A stretch of DNA of 64,000 bases from the human T2T-CHM13v2.0 reference genome, Homo sapiens: the NCBI RefSeq assembly GCF_009914755.1, contig NC_060931.1, one strand, 5' to 3'. Positions 1 to 11,859 of this stretch are shown here, one piece after another (position 1 is the stretch's first letter; every line of letters starts with the position of its first letter). The translations under genes and the position numbers were made by a program. The notes beneath the pieces are model-generated. The model was not told where the DNA came from, ran no database searches, and saw only the letters and a program-made list of their open reading frames with translations.

Positions 1-73
1 TAAACTCAGGTGATCCACCCGCCTCAGCCTCCCAAAGTGCTGGGATTACAGGCATGAACCACTGCACCTGGCC
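1..73 (-). mobile_element. Alu SINE, 5' end (cut by window edge)
   Basis: gtgatccacccgcctcagcctcccaaagtgctgggattacaggcatgaaccactgcacctggcc is the reverse complement of the Alu left-arm start. Confidence 0.95.
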
Positions 74-560
74 TAAAATTAAAAAGTTTGTATGTCCAAA
101 CACATTTCTTCTAAAGGAGCAAATAGGTTGTAGACTTGGAGAAAGCATATGCAAACTACATATCTTACATGGCTTGTGGCCATAATATATAAAGATGTAT
201 TTTTAAACTCTCAGAACCCAACAGCAAGAAAACAAACAATTCAATTTAAAAATAGGCAAAAGATTGAAAAGATATTTTTTAAAGGAGGATATGTGGATTA
301 AAAATAAGTACATGAAAATATGTACAACATAATTAACCATTTGGAAAATTCAAATCAGAGTCACAATGATATTCTACTATGTACATATTAGGATAGCAAA
401 ATTTAAAATCAAAATTAGACATGGCTATAGTACTGACAAAGACAATTTTTGCAAGGATGTGGAACAATCGGCATTCTCATACATTGGTGGTGAGAATGCG
501 GAATAGCATAGCCACTTACAAAAATTTTTAATTTTGTTATATGCTACTTAAACTTTTAAC
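74..560 (+). mobile_element. Ancient L1M (L1MC/MD/ME-type) ORF2 3' fragment
   Basis: Degenerate L1 ORF2 C-terminal motifs: aaaataggcaaaagattgaaaagatattt, catgaaaatatgtacaacat, gcaaggatgtggaacaatcggcattctcatacattggtggtgagaatg. Confidence 0.8.
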
Positions 561-687
561 CTAACAAGCATCATTTCCCAAAAAGATCAGAAGATCCCAA
601 GTGTTGGTGATGTCTTTTATAACTCTGATTACTTCAGAAATGTATTTCTTGAACCCAGCTGACACTCAGAAATGATTGCTTAGAAAC

Positions 688-1030
688 GGGGTGTGGTGGC
701 TCATACATGTAATCTCCACACTTTCTGGGGCTGAGATGGGAGACTCACTTGAGCCCAGGAGTTTGAGAAGTCTGGGCAACACAGGGAGACCCTGTTTCTA
801 CAAAAAACAAAACTATTAGCCAGATCTAGTGGCACACACTTGTAGTCCCAGCTACTTGGGAGGCTGAGGTGGGAGGACTGCTTGAGCCCGGGAGGTAGAG
901 GCTGCAATGAGTGGCCACTGAGCTCCAGCCTGGGAAACAGTAAGACTTTTTCAAAAAAAAAAAAAAAAAAAAAGGATAACCTGTCTCAAAAGCCAAAAAA
1001 AAAAAAAAAAAAAATCAAAAGCAAAAAAAG
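688..1030 (+). mobile_element. AluJ-type SINE
   Basis: Dimeric Alu with J-type diagnostics (cttgagcccaggagtttgag, gaggctgcaatgag), A-rich linker and A tail; degenerate TSD agaaatgattgcttagaaa / agaacgatttctttgaaa. Confidence 0.92.
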
Positions 1031-2299
1031 AACGATTTCTTTGAAAGATGATAATTATACTTTTTTTGTTGGATTTAGATTGATGACAATTAAGATTTCA
1101 TTAAAATTAAATGAAATGACTAATTTCTCTTCAACCTGAATAAGTATGTAAGAGTGCAAAGGAGATGTGAAAATATGCCCCCAAACCAGGATAAATCAGC
1201 CTTTTTTCCCTAATTTTTCATTTTTCGATGTTAAGAAAAAGAATACATTGAAAATCACAATTTGTCCTATTTTATATCTGAAATATTCAGAGAAGAGTAA
1301 TAATGGCTTTTGTGTCAAGCAGGTAGGTGATTGATTTGGTTGCTTAATTCACTAGGTACCATATCACTTGGGACAAAGAAGAAAACAGCAGACTAACTGA
1401 TTATGTTTGTCACTTCTAAGTCAGTAGATTCCTGGGGAGGCCTCTGGAGAAAAGCTGCCCAAGTGATGAATGGGGATTTGCACCCTCTGAATCGTATCCA
1501 TGGATTTTAGTATTCTAGCCATCTTAATTATTTTCTTTCTATTTTTTGTTCATTTATAAATCTCTCAGAAAGAGGTAAAGAGACACTCTCCTTGGTGAAC
1601 ATTTAAAAACATCAAGGAAACTAACATAAAGCAGATACTACTAACTTTTTATTAAGTTGCTGAAAATAAAAGGAACATGTGAAAGGTTTATAGCTTCTTC
1701 ATCAAGCTACAAGGAAGCGTATCGAACTGTAGGCATGATAGTGGCTTGGAATTAATGTATTCAGCACAATTTTAATAAAACTAAAGGAGAGAAATGAAAA
1801 TTTGAAAATACTGGTTTCTACTTCTCAAAATATTTCCCCATATTTCAGAGAAATTAGTTAGGAAAGAATCCTTATCATCAGTGTTGAAAAGGAGTTCTGC
1901 ATCTTATAATCAGTTCCATTGTGTTCAGGAGTTACTGTAGACTAAGCTTTTTCAACAACAGGAAAAATTTATCTTAAGTAAAAAAAAAAAAAAAAAAAGA
2001 ACTTCCTGATGAACACTTGGAAAACATTAGAATTACAGAAATTCTGACATCCAATTAGGTTGTAAATCCAAACCAGCTTATGTATGTATCAAATACAAAG
2101 AAATTGGTCTTAAACAAGATGCGCACTGAGCCTGCATCAGTAGTGATCACTGAAGGTTGACCTTAAATGAATTGTTGAGGTTTGAAAGATCAGCACATTT
2201 TGGTAATCTGTTTTTATATTTTTTGGGACAAGAATTTGTACTGCCAAATAAGAAATTTCTGGTGCCTGAAAAAATTAAATAAACCCATTATAGCCTATC

Positions 2300-3860
2300 T
2301 CTTCTACTGTTTGCAACTACAACTCTGAATAAAATACAAAAGGCACTTGTTAAGGACTCCAAAAAGTTAAAAATGGCAGGCACGTTAGTGAGAACAACCA
2401 AAACTTGAAGAATAACCTATAACCAGGTTGAGTTTCTTTTTTTTAATCTCTCTCTCTTTTTTTTTTTTTTGTCTCTCAACTTGTTCTGAAGATACTACCA
2501 GTTCCAAATATCAAATTTGGAACTGCATAGCAGGGGTGAGCAGAGAAAATCTGAGATAAGCTGTCCCAAGAATGGGGATAAGGAGCCCCAGGAAGCCGTC
2601 ACCAGGAGTAGGGGGTAGGATCACTATGGTTGTTGTTGATGCTGTTGTTGTTGCTCTCTTTTGGTCCTGTGTCAAGGGCCACCCCAATCATACAGCTGCA
2701 ATGTGGCGGTGATAGCTGATCTAAAATCCTGAAGGAAAAACCTATCTTTTTGACAAGAAGAACTAAGAAAAGGGAACCATAAACTCCAAAGAGTGACAGG
2801 GTGGGGACCCCATTATTTTTCTTTCTTTTTTCTGTCACTGTGGTGCCCCAGGGTTGACCCAGTTATGCAGAAATGAGCAAGCAATAAAGCCAGGAGCTAA
2901 TACTCTGCAAGAAGCTCTATGTTTCTATTCAGAAGATAGGCAAAAGGGGTCCCAGGAAGTTACTGAGTACGTGAGACATTCTACAGAGAAGAGAGCTAGA
3001 GGAGAGGTTTCCCTGACTCTGTACATGAAATGATACAAGTCCCAGACTCTTTTCTGAAGAACACATGCATGGACTAGACCCAAAGCATAATCTCAAAGGC
3101 TGTGAGAGCTGAACTCTAATAAAAACTGAGATCCTAGTCGTACACTAATCCCTGAGAGATACATACATGAGAGACCTGAAGCAGCAGAGCAAAGGCTCTG
3201 AAAATTCAGCTTACCAGGACTCACAGAAGTTGAGACAGGATCTGCAGTCTGACCTAATTAGGTCAATTGACCAATAAAACAAAGCATAACAAAATGTACT
3301 TTCTCCAGAAGATTTTCACATGGCTCAGAGTACCACAAGATAATATACAAAATGGCTCTGGTACAGTTTAAAATTATTCAAAATACAGAGGGCCAGGAAA
3401 ATACGAGCTGTTCTCAAGGGAAAAGTTAATCAACAAAAACTCCAAAAGGACTGACATGTTAGAATCATGAAAGACTTTAGAGTAGCTATTATCATCAAGC
3501 TTCATGAGATAATGATAATTACATTAAATTAATGAAAAATTAGTATTTCTCAACAAAGAAATAGATATAATAAGAAGAACCAAATGGAAATAATAAAATA
3601 CTTGAAATTTTGAAAAACATTATTAGAAAAGCACAGTAGCATAATGGCGATGACAGAGGAAAGATTCAAAGAAATTGAAGATAGATTAATAGAAATTATC
3701 CACTTTTAGAAGATAAAAAAATACATTGAACAACATGAACCGCAAGGACCTGTGAGACAATATCAAATTTGGATAGATTTATCCATTATATCTTCATATG
3801 TTTTTTTCCTCTCCTAATAATCCAATGACACAAAAAGTTAGACCTTTTGACATTGTATTT
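2300..3860 (+). mobile_element. Ancient L1M 5' region/ORF1 remnant, ending in a short inverted piece
   Basis: ORF1-like degenerate motifs at 3450-3767 (aagaagaaccaaatggaaat, gaagatagattaatagaaattatcc, ggacctgtgagacaatatcaaa); 5' boundary approximate. Confidence 0.6.
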
Positions 3861-4639
3861 TGATTTGAGTTTTACAATTAGTTTTATGAATCAACAGGAC
3901 TTTAAACATTTTGTAAATATAAAACTTCACTTGAAGGGTACTATCATGTTTCATAACCCAAGAAATAAGGCTGAATCATTTTAGCAAATAGAATTTTAAT
4001 GAATAGGTCATAAGCTTGAATCTTGGAGAAAGAAAATGAGTTGAGTTTCTGAAAGTAGCATCTTAGATATCCAGAATAAGCCCATTCTAAAATGAATAAT
4101 AAATAAACAAACAAAAGAGGAATCTGGATCAAGTAGGGCAAACATTAAATTCATAGTTAATCTTATGTTGACAGGGGGAATTTTCCAGGGATTGACCAAG
4201 AAATGCTTAAAAGCAAAATGTGAACTATACTGAATGAATTTGCAAACGTAGGTTATAATGGAGCTTCCATATTGACAATTAATTATTAACTATTAGTTTC
4301 TAACCCAGAGAGAGCAGTAAAGGACAGCATGAACTGGAGAGCTGGACCTGAAAAACCTGCTTAACATTGCTATCCTCAAATAATGAGAAATTAGATTAGA
4401 ATTTTAAAATCCCATTCATAAACAAGGATAATATAACAAGTATTTTTTTATGTTTCAAACTGAGTTCTCGAGTGGAAAAACAATGTTTACTAAAACCATA
4501 ACCACAGGCCTGCCTTTATACAGGATTGAGGTCTAAATTTATACTACTTATATTATTATGGAAATGACAAGCTGATAAATGAAAATAAAAACTGGATTAG
4601 TTAGTAACTTTTCTGTGCTATCTGGAATAAACAAAATTA

Positions 4640-4940
4640 AATCTTATTTGGAGAAACCTAACCTTCAATGAATGCCTTATAAGGATTCTGACATGTAAAG
4701 CTCCATCAAGCTTTAGTATAATCCCAAATTATAAAGATATATAAAGAAAAATGTCAGGAGGATTGTCAGCATAAATTAATGAGCAAATTTACATGCCAAG
4801 ACATTTAGAAACTAAAGTAAATAAATTCTTTTTTAAAAAAGCAAACAATTGCATACTTCATTCTAACAAAAACATCTACACCATATTGTACCAATTCTGT
4901 AGAACAAGGAAGACAAAACAAAGATCTTAAAACAAACTAG
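4640..4940 (+). mobile_element. Ancient L1ME/HAL1-like ORF1 remnant (left part; host of the pseudogene)
   Basis: aaaaacatctacacc...gaacaaggaagacaaaacaaagatcttaaaacaaactag resembles L1 ORF1 ...aaagacaaagagaagatcttaaaagcagccag. Confidence 0.55.
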
Positions 4941-5960
4941 CCCAGTGCTGTCAAATCAGATTAATGGGGATGCTTTGTCCTGACTTTCCACACACCAGAA
5001 CGATTATTTAATGAATTATTATATGACCAACCTAATAAAAAGGATGCAAACAATCATACTAACTAGTCTTCTTCTGTAAACAGAGCCTTAAAGTTCACTC
5101 CTACTGTAAGTGTTGTTCAGAATGTAATGGTTGAAGGACTGGAATATGTAGTTTATCAGGAGATCTATGCCACATATTTCTGCTGTTGGCAGAATCTAAT
5201 AGAGTAAGAAGATAGAAATTTGTGGAATACTCTGTGGAAAGCTGCCACATAATTAACTTACTTCTATCCGTGTAATTGTGCCAAAGGAGTCTTCAGGACC
5301 AGACTCTTGGGATGTGGAGAATGCAAAATAATTATTCAATGTTCAGGATCAGCATGATCTTCTTACTCTGAGATGGGTCCATACACACCTAACCCTTCAT
5401 CCAAAACTGAATTATTGTCCAGCATTGATCTTCACACTCACTGTTCCTATCAGCTCGTGCTGCCAGAGGCTGTTGTCATTGTCTGTTCATCAAAGCATAA
5501 AGACATGCATGGCATCTCCCCGCTTACCAGTTCTGGCACGTTTGGGCTTTCCAGCTGACCACCAAGGAGCCCAGGCTGTTTAGTTTATGTAAGTGTATGT
5601 TGGTAAAAAACATAAAAATAATTATGCTGGATCTGAGGTGATATGTTTCTAATATTAGCATCATCAACATCAGACGCCTGCCTATGGGCATGTGGTTGCC
5701 TGATTTTCTTAAGATGTTTCAGAAATGACTGATATTTTAGATGAGAAAGTTTTATATTTATTGCACTTGCACATTTAGAAATTTCCTTTTTGGGCTGGTC
5801 TGTCTCAAGAGTGTTAAATTAATACCTATTAATGAATTCGAATACTATGACCAGATCAAGTGTACTATATATAACAACAACAACAAAAAGAAAGCAAGTG
5901 GTGCATGGAGGAAGGAAAGAAGTAGAAAACAGAGGGAGGGAGAAAGAAAGGGTAAGAGGA
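4941..5960 (+). pseudogene. STAMBPL1: Processed (retro)pseudogene of STAMBPL1/AMSH-LP, 5'-truncated: C-terminal ~235 codons including the JAMM/MPN+ domain (remnant stop TGA 5639-5641), 3'UTR and decayed A/purine-rich tail
   Basis: Manual translation across frameshifts gives PVLSNQINGDALS*LSTHQN...DQPNKKDANNHTN*SSSVNRALK...VQNVMVEGL...DLCHIFLLLAESN...IEICGILCGKLPHN*...[36 protein letters not shown]...[30 protein letters not shown]...TKEPRLFSLCKCMLVKNIKIIMLDLR*, collinear with AMSH-LP. No introns, several stops and frameshifts, tail from ~5870. Confidence 0.93.
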
Positions 5961-7140
5961 AAGAAGCCAGAAAGAAAAGGAGAAAGAACTTCACAAATAA
6001 GAATCTCAATTAGACTGAGCACAGAATTTCAACAAAACAAAAATATTCTAAAAGAATTGAGAAAAATAACTGAAAATGTATGATTTTTCTACCAAAGTAA
6101 ACTACTATTCAAGGAAGATTTAGATATAAAGACATTTTCACATAGCTAAAATTCAGAGGGGTTATTGCTAATCTGAATAAAGGACCTTCTACAGAGAATT
6201 CCCAAATAAGGAAATACAAGGCAGAAAGATAACCTGAATTGGAACAAGAAATGACAAACAAATAACCTGAAATATACATGAATAAATATATATACTAATT
6301 AAATATATATTTTATATTAATTAGATATATATTTATAAATATAAATAAACATTGAACAGTATAAAATATAATATCTAATTTGAGGAGAAATGTGAAAATT
6401 AAATATTTTAAATAATATACAATAGGGTAGGTGGTAATCAGAATCAATTATTAGACTCGACACACTATGCATTATTTCCAAATCAGAAATAAAAAAGGAA
6501 AAAAAAAACCTCTGCTAATCAAAAGTAATATACTTAAAAGGAGAAAAGGACAAATAAAAATAACCTGGGTAAATAAAAATCAGATATATGTTATAAAATT
6601 ATGCCAAATATATAGTGCACATGACACAATCAAGTTAATTAAAATCATCTATTAAATGGCAGTATGTATCAGAGTGTATTTGTTTAAAATCACATGTTTT
6701 TACAGATATATACCTAGAACACAATGGGAAGGAGAGATTCAAAGTTTTGAAGAATATATACTGGGTATATAAAAACCAAACTAAAACTTGGTTGGTTCTA
6801 TTAATATCAAACAAAATTTTCTGTCACCTGAAATATTAATAAATATAATAAAAGACCACTAAATTATGGAATACTCTGACAATGGAACACCATATAGCAG
6901 CAGAAATAAATTAATCAGAGCTAGAAGTTGAATAACAATATACATTGCCGAAGGATTAACATAATTATACCATTATATGAATGTATAAAACAGTAAAAAT
7001 AAATTTTTAATTTTATCTAGATAATGAGGGTGTCTTGAAATAAATGTTTAATGTACTATACTGGGGAGCATCAATAGTAGTTTTAATGATTTCTTTACCT
7101 GGGTGGGTACCCAGGTAATTGTTACATTCTTCTCTATGCC
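5960..7140 (+). mobile_element. Ancient L1ME/HAL1-like element (right part, resumes after the pseudogene)
   Basis: aagaagccagaaagaaaag...caattagactgagcacagaatttcaac...aaactactattcaag...ataaagacattttca continues the ORF1 consensus interrupted at 4940; later pieces resemble old L1 EN and 3' segments. Confidence 0.55.
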
Positions 7141-8039
7141 TTTTATATATCAGTTACAGATCAGGGAACAATGTAATAACTTAAAGAAACTAATTTAATA
7201 GTATTTGGGATTTCTTTGGCTTATATAAGACTTTTTCTGGGAATGATAATATTACTGGCTTTGTGTGATGAAAGAATAAATCATTATTATCATCATAAGG
7301 TTGATTTGGAAATAGCATTTTTTCCCCTCAACCACAGCTGGCTGAACCTTGTCTAATTGGTAAATTCCAGGATGTATTGCTGTCCTTTTGAAGAAGTCAC
7401 ATCATTTATTTTCTGTGGACATTAATTTTATTTCCAGTTTTTCTTCTCTAGTAATTGGAGAATCTTGAAGTCTGGCCCATTATTCATCTGGGATTTATAA
7501 ATCCTTCTACAGCTTGCACTACCTTTCTAAGTTTGAACCTACTTTCGAGGGTATATATCCTTCCTTCCCCCACAACTCTGAAAATATGTAGCTGAAAGAG
7601 AGCCAAAATCTTTCTCTCTCAAACTACAAGTCCCAGTTTTATCCATAGTTAAAAGCAGAGAGTTTCTGGTAGCATAGAAACTACAAAAACAGTACATTTT
7701 ATGTATGTGTATACATATAAATATATGGATACTTACATATGTGCATACATGTATATGTAAATGTATATGTAAAACATACAATTTTTACCCTATATATAGT
7801 ATATATTATACATAAAATGTATGCATATAAATTTATATGTAACATTTTTTACAGTCATGACCTAAGTTTTGTTTTGTTTTAGATTTTATATCCCCTTGGT
7901 GGTGATATTATGGTCTGAGTTTGGGGTCCTAGAAAATATATTTCCTTCCTCCCAAGCTGCTTCTGCCCCAGCTCAGCATCCTTTGAAGATGTTTATCTCA
8001 ACATCACATTGAGTAATGACTATTGTAGACATATCTGTG

Positions 8040-8396
8040 TGTGTTTATTTGTCTGTGGGCATGTGTTTCCTTGTTCTTCTTGGCTTTTTTTCATATTAAT
8101 TGCATTATTTCCTATGGTGAACCTACTGGTACGCCAATTTGTTAGGCCCGTGTACAGGCCCCTGCCTCCAGATGTAGGCATATAACTCAGGATAGACCAG
8201 TAAAAGAACCTCATCATCCTCAGTAATTATTTCAATCAGGGTGCGTGACTCAAGCTACTCTGAGTCCTTCTTGTGACTTATACGTGAAGTATCAGAATAG
8301 ACAGCTTCTCCATCCCAAGGTATTTAAGTTTGTGTGATACATGGGGACACTGACTACCATCTGGCCTGCTAAGAGAAGAGAGCCTGTCCAAGGAGA

Positions 8397-8450
<54 letters not shown>

Positions 8451-8610
8451 TATAGATATAGATATATAGATATAGATATATATAGATATAGATATATAGA
8501 TATAGATATATAGATATAGATATATAGATATATAGATATAGATATAGATATATAGATATATAGATATAGATATAGATATATAGATATATATATGTGTGTG
8601 TGTGTGTGTA

Positions 8611-8668
<58 letters not shown>

Positions 8669-9005
8669 ACTTGCCACTAGACCATCTCTCTCTTTCTGTC
8701 TCATATAGATATATAGATATAGATATAGATGTATAGAAGAGAGAGAAAGAGAGAGAGAGTCTAGTGGCAACATGTAAGGCCTTGGGCCGAGTAAGCAAGC
8801 AGAGACAAGTAAGCCTGGATATACAGATAGATTCTGGGCAATGCCATATGTTCCAAGTTCATCTAACCCAGCTGTGCCCCAGGGCTTTCCAATCATTTGA
8901 GATTTATTTCCCCCCTAAGCTACTTAAAATTGTAAGCTACTTACAATTCCCCACTAAGCTACTTCCCCACTAAGCTACTTGCTATCAAAGTCTCCAGAAT
9001 AACAC
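8040..9005 (+). mobile_element. Old MaLR LTR (MLT1K/J-like) interrupted by a compound microsatellite
   Basis: MLT1-like blocks (agagagcctgtcc...ga, acccagctgtgcccc, cttgctatcaaag...aataaca 3' end); boundaries approximate. Confidence 0.5.
8397..8760. repeat. Compound microsatellite (TATC)n-(TAGATA)n-(TG)n-(TA)20 ... (GA)n
   Basis: Directly visible; pure (TA)20 at 8625-8664. Confidence 0.98.
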
Positions 9006-9014
9006 TAGTATTTT

Positions 9015-9480
9015 TTTGTTTTCTTTCTGAACTTTTAATTAAAGTATATATCATACGTACGAAAACAATTGAACATCACAAGTATTCTGTTTGGTAAGTT
9101 TTCACAAAGCAACACTCCCAATAACCAGCACCCAGATTAAGAAACAGAAGACTCCCAGCATTCCTCAAACCTCCTTATTCTCTTTCTAGTCATTGCCCTT
9201 TCTAGTAGTAACTACAATGCCCTTTTTAAAAATATTTTATTATAAAAAATTTTCTACATACAAAAATTTTGAAAAAATTTACAGTGGACACTTAAATAAC
9301 CACCACCTAGATTCTACAATTAACATTTTACTATAGGTACTTTATCACATAATTAGCTATCTACTTATCTTTCTATTCATCCTTTAATCCACCTTACTTT
9401 TTTGATGCATTCAAAGTAAGCTGCTGACATCAGGAAGTTTCCTTTCAAGTTTTTTGTCATGCATATTTTTAAGTAGACTG
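9015..9480 (-). mobile_element. Two ancient L1M 3'-end fragments
   Basis: ttttcacaaagcaacactcccaataaccagcacccagattaagaaacagaa and tttattataaaaaattttctacatacaaaaattttgaaaaaatttacagtggacac...caccacctagattctacaattaacatttt. Confidence 0.7.
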
Positions 9481-10809
9481 CATATCTTCTGTTTAGGAAA
9501 AACATACAATGAAATGCACAGTCCACTCTAGCCAACCCTAGAAGCTCCTCAGAATCAAACATGTTTCTGTTCTGTTTTCATTCATGGTGTTTGAATGGGT
9601 TGTCTAAAATTAAAAACATAGAGGGATGGGATACTGGCTACATTTTTTGCTAGATCATCTAAGCATTTAATGTTGCCATTACATGTAATGATCATATTCT
9701 CATTTTTTCCTCTTTGAGTAATCCAGGAAATGTCAAGAATACTTATATTCATTATTTCCCAATGAGGTTTAACCCTGTTAGGTATCAAACAGACCTGGGC
9801 CTAACAGTTTTAGGCAGTTCTCTATAGAAAATTCTCTCTGGGTATCTAATATCAAATCCGTAGCAGAGGACCAAAATGCTTAGTGATCAGTCTTCATTCT
9901 TCTCATGGCTGTTCTTACTGTTAATGTCAATTTACTCCAAAGATGACCAGGAAAGCAACAGGCCTTTTGAGAAATTCAAAATACAGTCCTTAGTTCTTGG
10001 TATAATATTTTTAAAGGAATCAGAGAATCAGTATTCCAAACCTTAAATGAGCCTTTGATTTATTGAGTGAATTACTAAATTCAAATTATTCAGGTGTTTA
10101 TTCTCACCTCAAATTTGGAATAGGTGCAATATGTTTATAACAAGTATGCTTTGTGTTGATAAACACAGTACTTTGAACCAAGAAATAACCTATTTCACTT
10201 AGGTCGTCAGTAGGATTGTATCAGATGTTTCTATGCTAACACAGATATTCACATCTCATGCTCAAATGCTTTTCCGGGTGAAGATGCTACTGAAAGTAGG
10301 GATGCTATGCTTTTATGTTCTAATAGACCTAGCAGGATTCTTAGAGTATGAAATATGAGTGTGACTTTGCATATTGTGCCATCAAATCTGTGTTCTGGGC
10401 ACACCACTGTGCCTCCCTCATCACTTCTTTGATTCCCATGACACCCTCTGTCTCTACCCTACGTGGCTGCTTGAGTCTCCAACATTGAACCTCTTCAAGC
10501 CCCATGATGTGTGTTTGCTATGACACACTGCAGAATATGCTTATTTATTTATGTTTGTGTTCTTGTTTTGCTTATAAACAGTTCTTATTCAAAATAGTGT
10601 TCTTAATGGCACTGTGCTCAGTACTTAGGGGCTAACATGAGACTTTACCAAAAAACTTGGGTATAAAGAAAAATAGTTTTCATGTGAGGAATAAACTGTG
10701 AAATTTACTTAAAACTAACAGCCAGGACAATTCAAAGTTGTGATTTAAAAAAATAGACATTTTAAAGAATAGAAAATTTTGATCATAATATTTTTAAATT
10801 CATTAATTC

Positions 10810-11185
10810 TTTTATTCATTCAGCCACTCAGTCTTCCATTTATCAACCAAGAAACACTAATTAAGCACCTTCTATGTGTTCAGTATTTGCTTAGAGTACT
10901 GAGAGTACAAAAGTGAAAATGATGCAAAGTCCTTGTCCTCATGGAGCTCACAGAGAAAGAGAAAAGCACTGGTATATAAGGCCCAAGAAGAGAATGCATG
11001 TGGTATATTTATGGAGGTTATCAAAAGGCAATGTAATGATAGCATTTCAAGCAATGGAAAATGGAAGGAGATAAAGACAGCAATGGAGAAAGGATTCAAC
11101 TCTTTCTAGGCCTTATAGGCATAGTGAGAATTTTGATTTGAATATTAAGTATTATAGGAAGCCACTGGGGCAATTTAATCAGGGG
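10810..11185 (-). mobile_element. L2 LINE 3' fragment
   Basis: ttcattcagcc...ttaagcaccttctatgtgttcag...gtccttgtcctcatggagctcaca is the L2 3' end in reverse. Confidence 0.75.
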
Positions 11186-11189
11186 AATA

Positions 11190-11855
11190 GCAAGCTGACC
11201 AAGATATTCTTAATGTTGCCTTCAGATTGTCTAAACTTTAGACAGATTTCTTTCTGCCTTTAGGCCTCTGTCCTCCTTTTTCTTTAAGCATTTACTTTCA
11301 AAATCCTGTAATTGTAAATTCTTTCTCTCCCCCATTTGAGATGTAAATCTATTTTTTTTCTTTTTTAAATATATTTAGGGGTTACAAGTGCAGGTTTCTT
11401 ACATGCTTATGTTGCATAGTGGCGAAGTCGGGGCTTTTAGTTTACCCATCACCCTATTTAAAAAGCCTCTTGTCTGTGTCACAACCCAAGAAAGCAATTC
11501 TGGAGAACCTAGGAACTCCCTCTGAAATGCAATTAAGGAGGATAGTGCCCTTACCTCTCAGACTCTGTGGGACAGTAGGAGCTTAACTGTAGCAAGGTCC
11601 TTAGTCCAAGTTATAAAACTACCTCCTGCCATGAAGATATGATAAAATTTACTTTTCCTTTAGGTAAAGCCAATTAGTAAGCACAGATGGCTTAAGATCT
11701 CCCACCCCAACTCTTAAAAACTCTCCAACTCTTTGTCTTAGTGGAGTTGAACCCAGACTGAGTTCTGATGTCTGTCTCTCTCCTATTGTAGCAGTCACCT
11801 TGAATAAAGTCTGCCTTTCCTGTTTAACTTTGTACAGTGCAATTTTTGCTTTGAT
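11190..11855 (+). mobile_element. ERV1 solo LTR, MER34/MER39-like
   Basis: agcatttactttcaaaatcctgtaattgtaaattctttctctcccccatttgagatgtaaatct; ctctgtgggacagtaggagc; polyA signal gaataaagtctgcc; ends ttgctttgata. Confidence 0.7.
11355..11453 (-). mobile_element. Severely truncated L1PB-type 3' end nested in the LTR
   Basis: ggggttacaagtgcaggtttcttacatg...gcatagtggcgaagtcggggcttttagt; TSD CTATTT at 11349-11354 and 11454-11459. Confidence 0.8.
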
Positions 11856-11859
11856 AAAA

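Noticed and set aside
8420-8896. 158-aa minus-strand ORF rich in YI/SI repeats
   Set aside because: Translation of the TA/TAGATA microsatellite; the same applies to ORFs at 49992-50301
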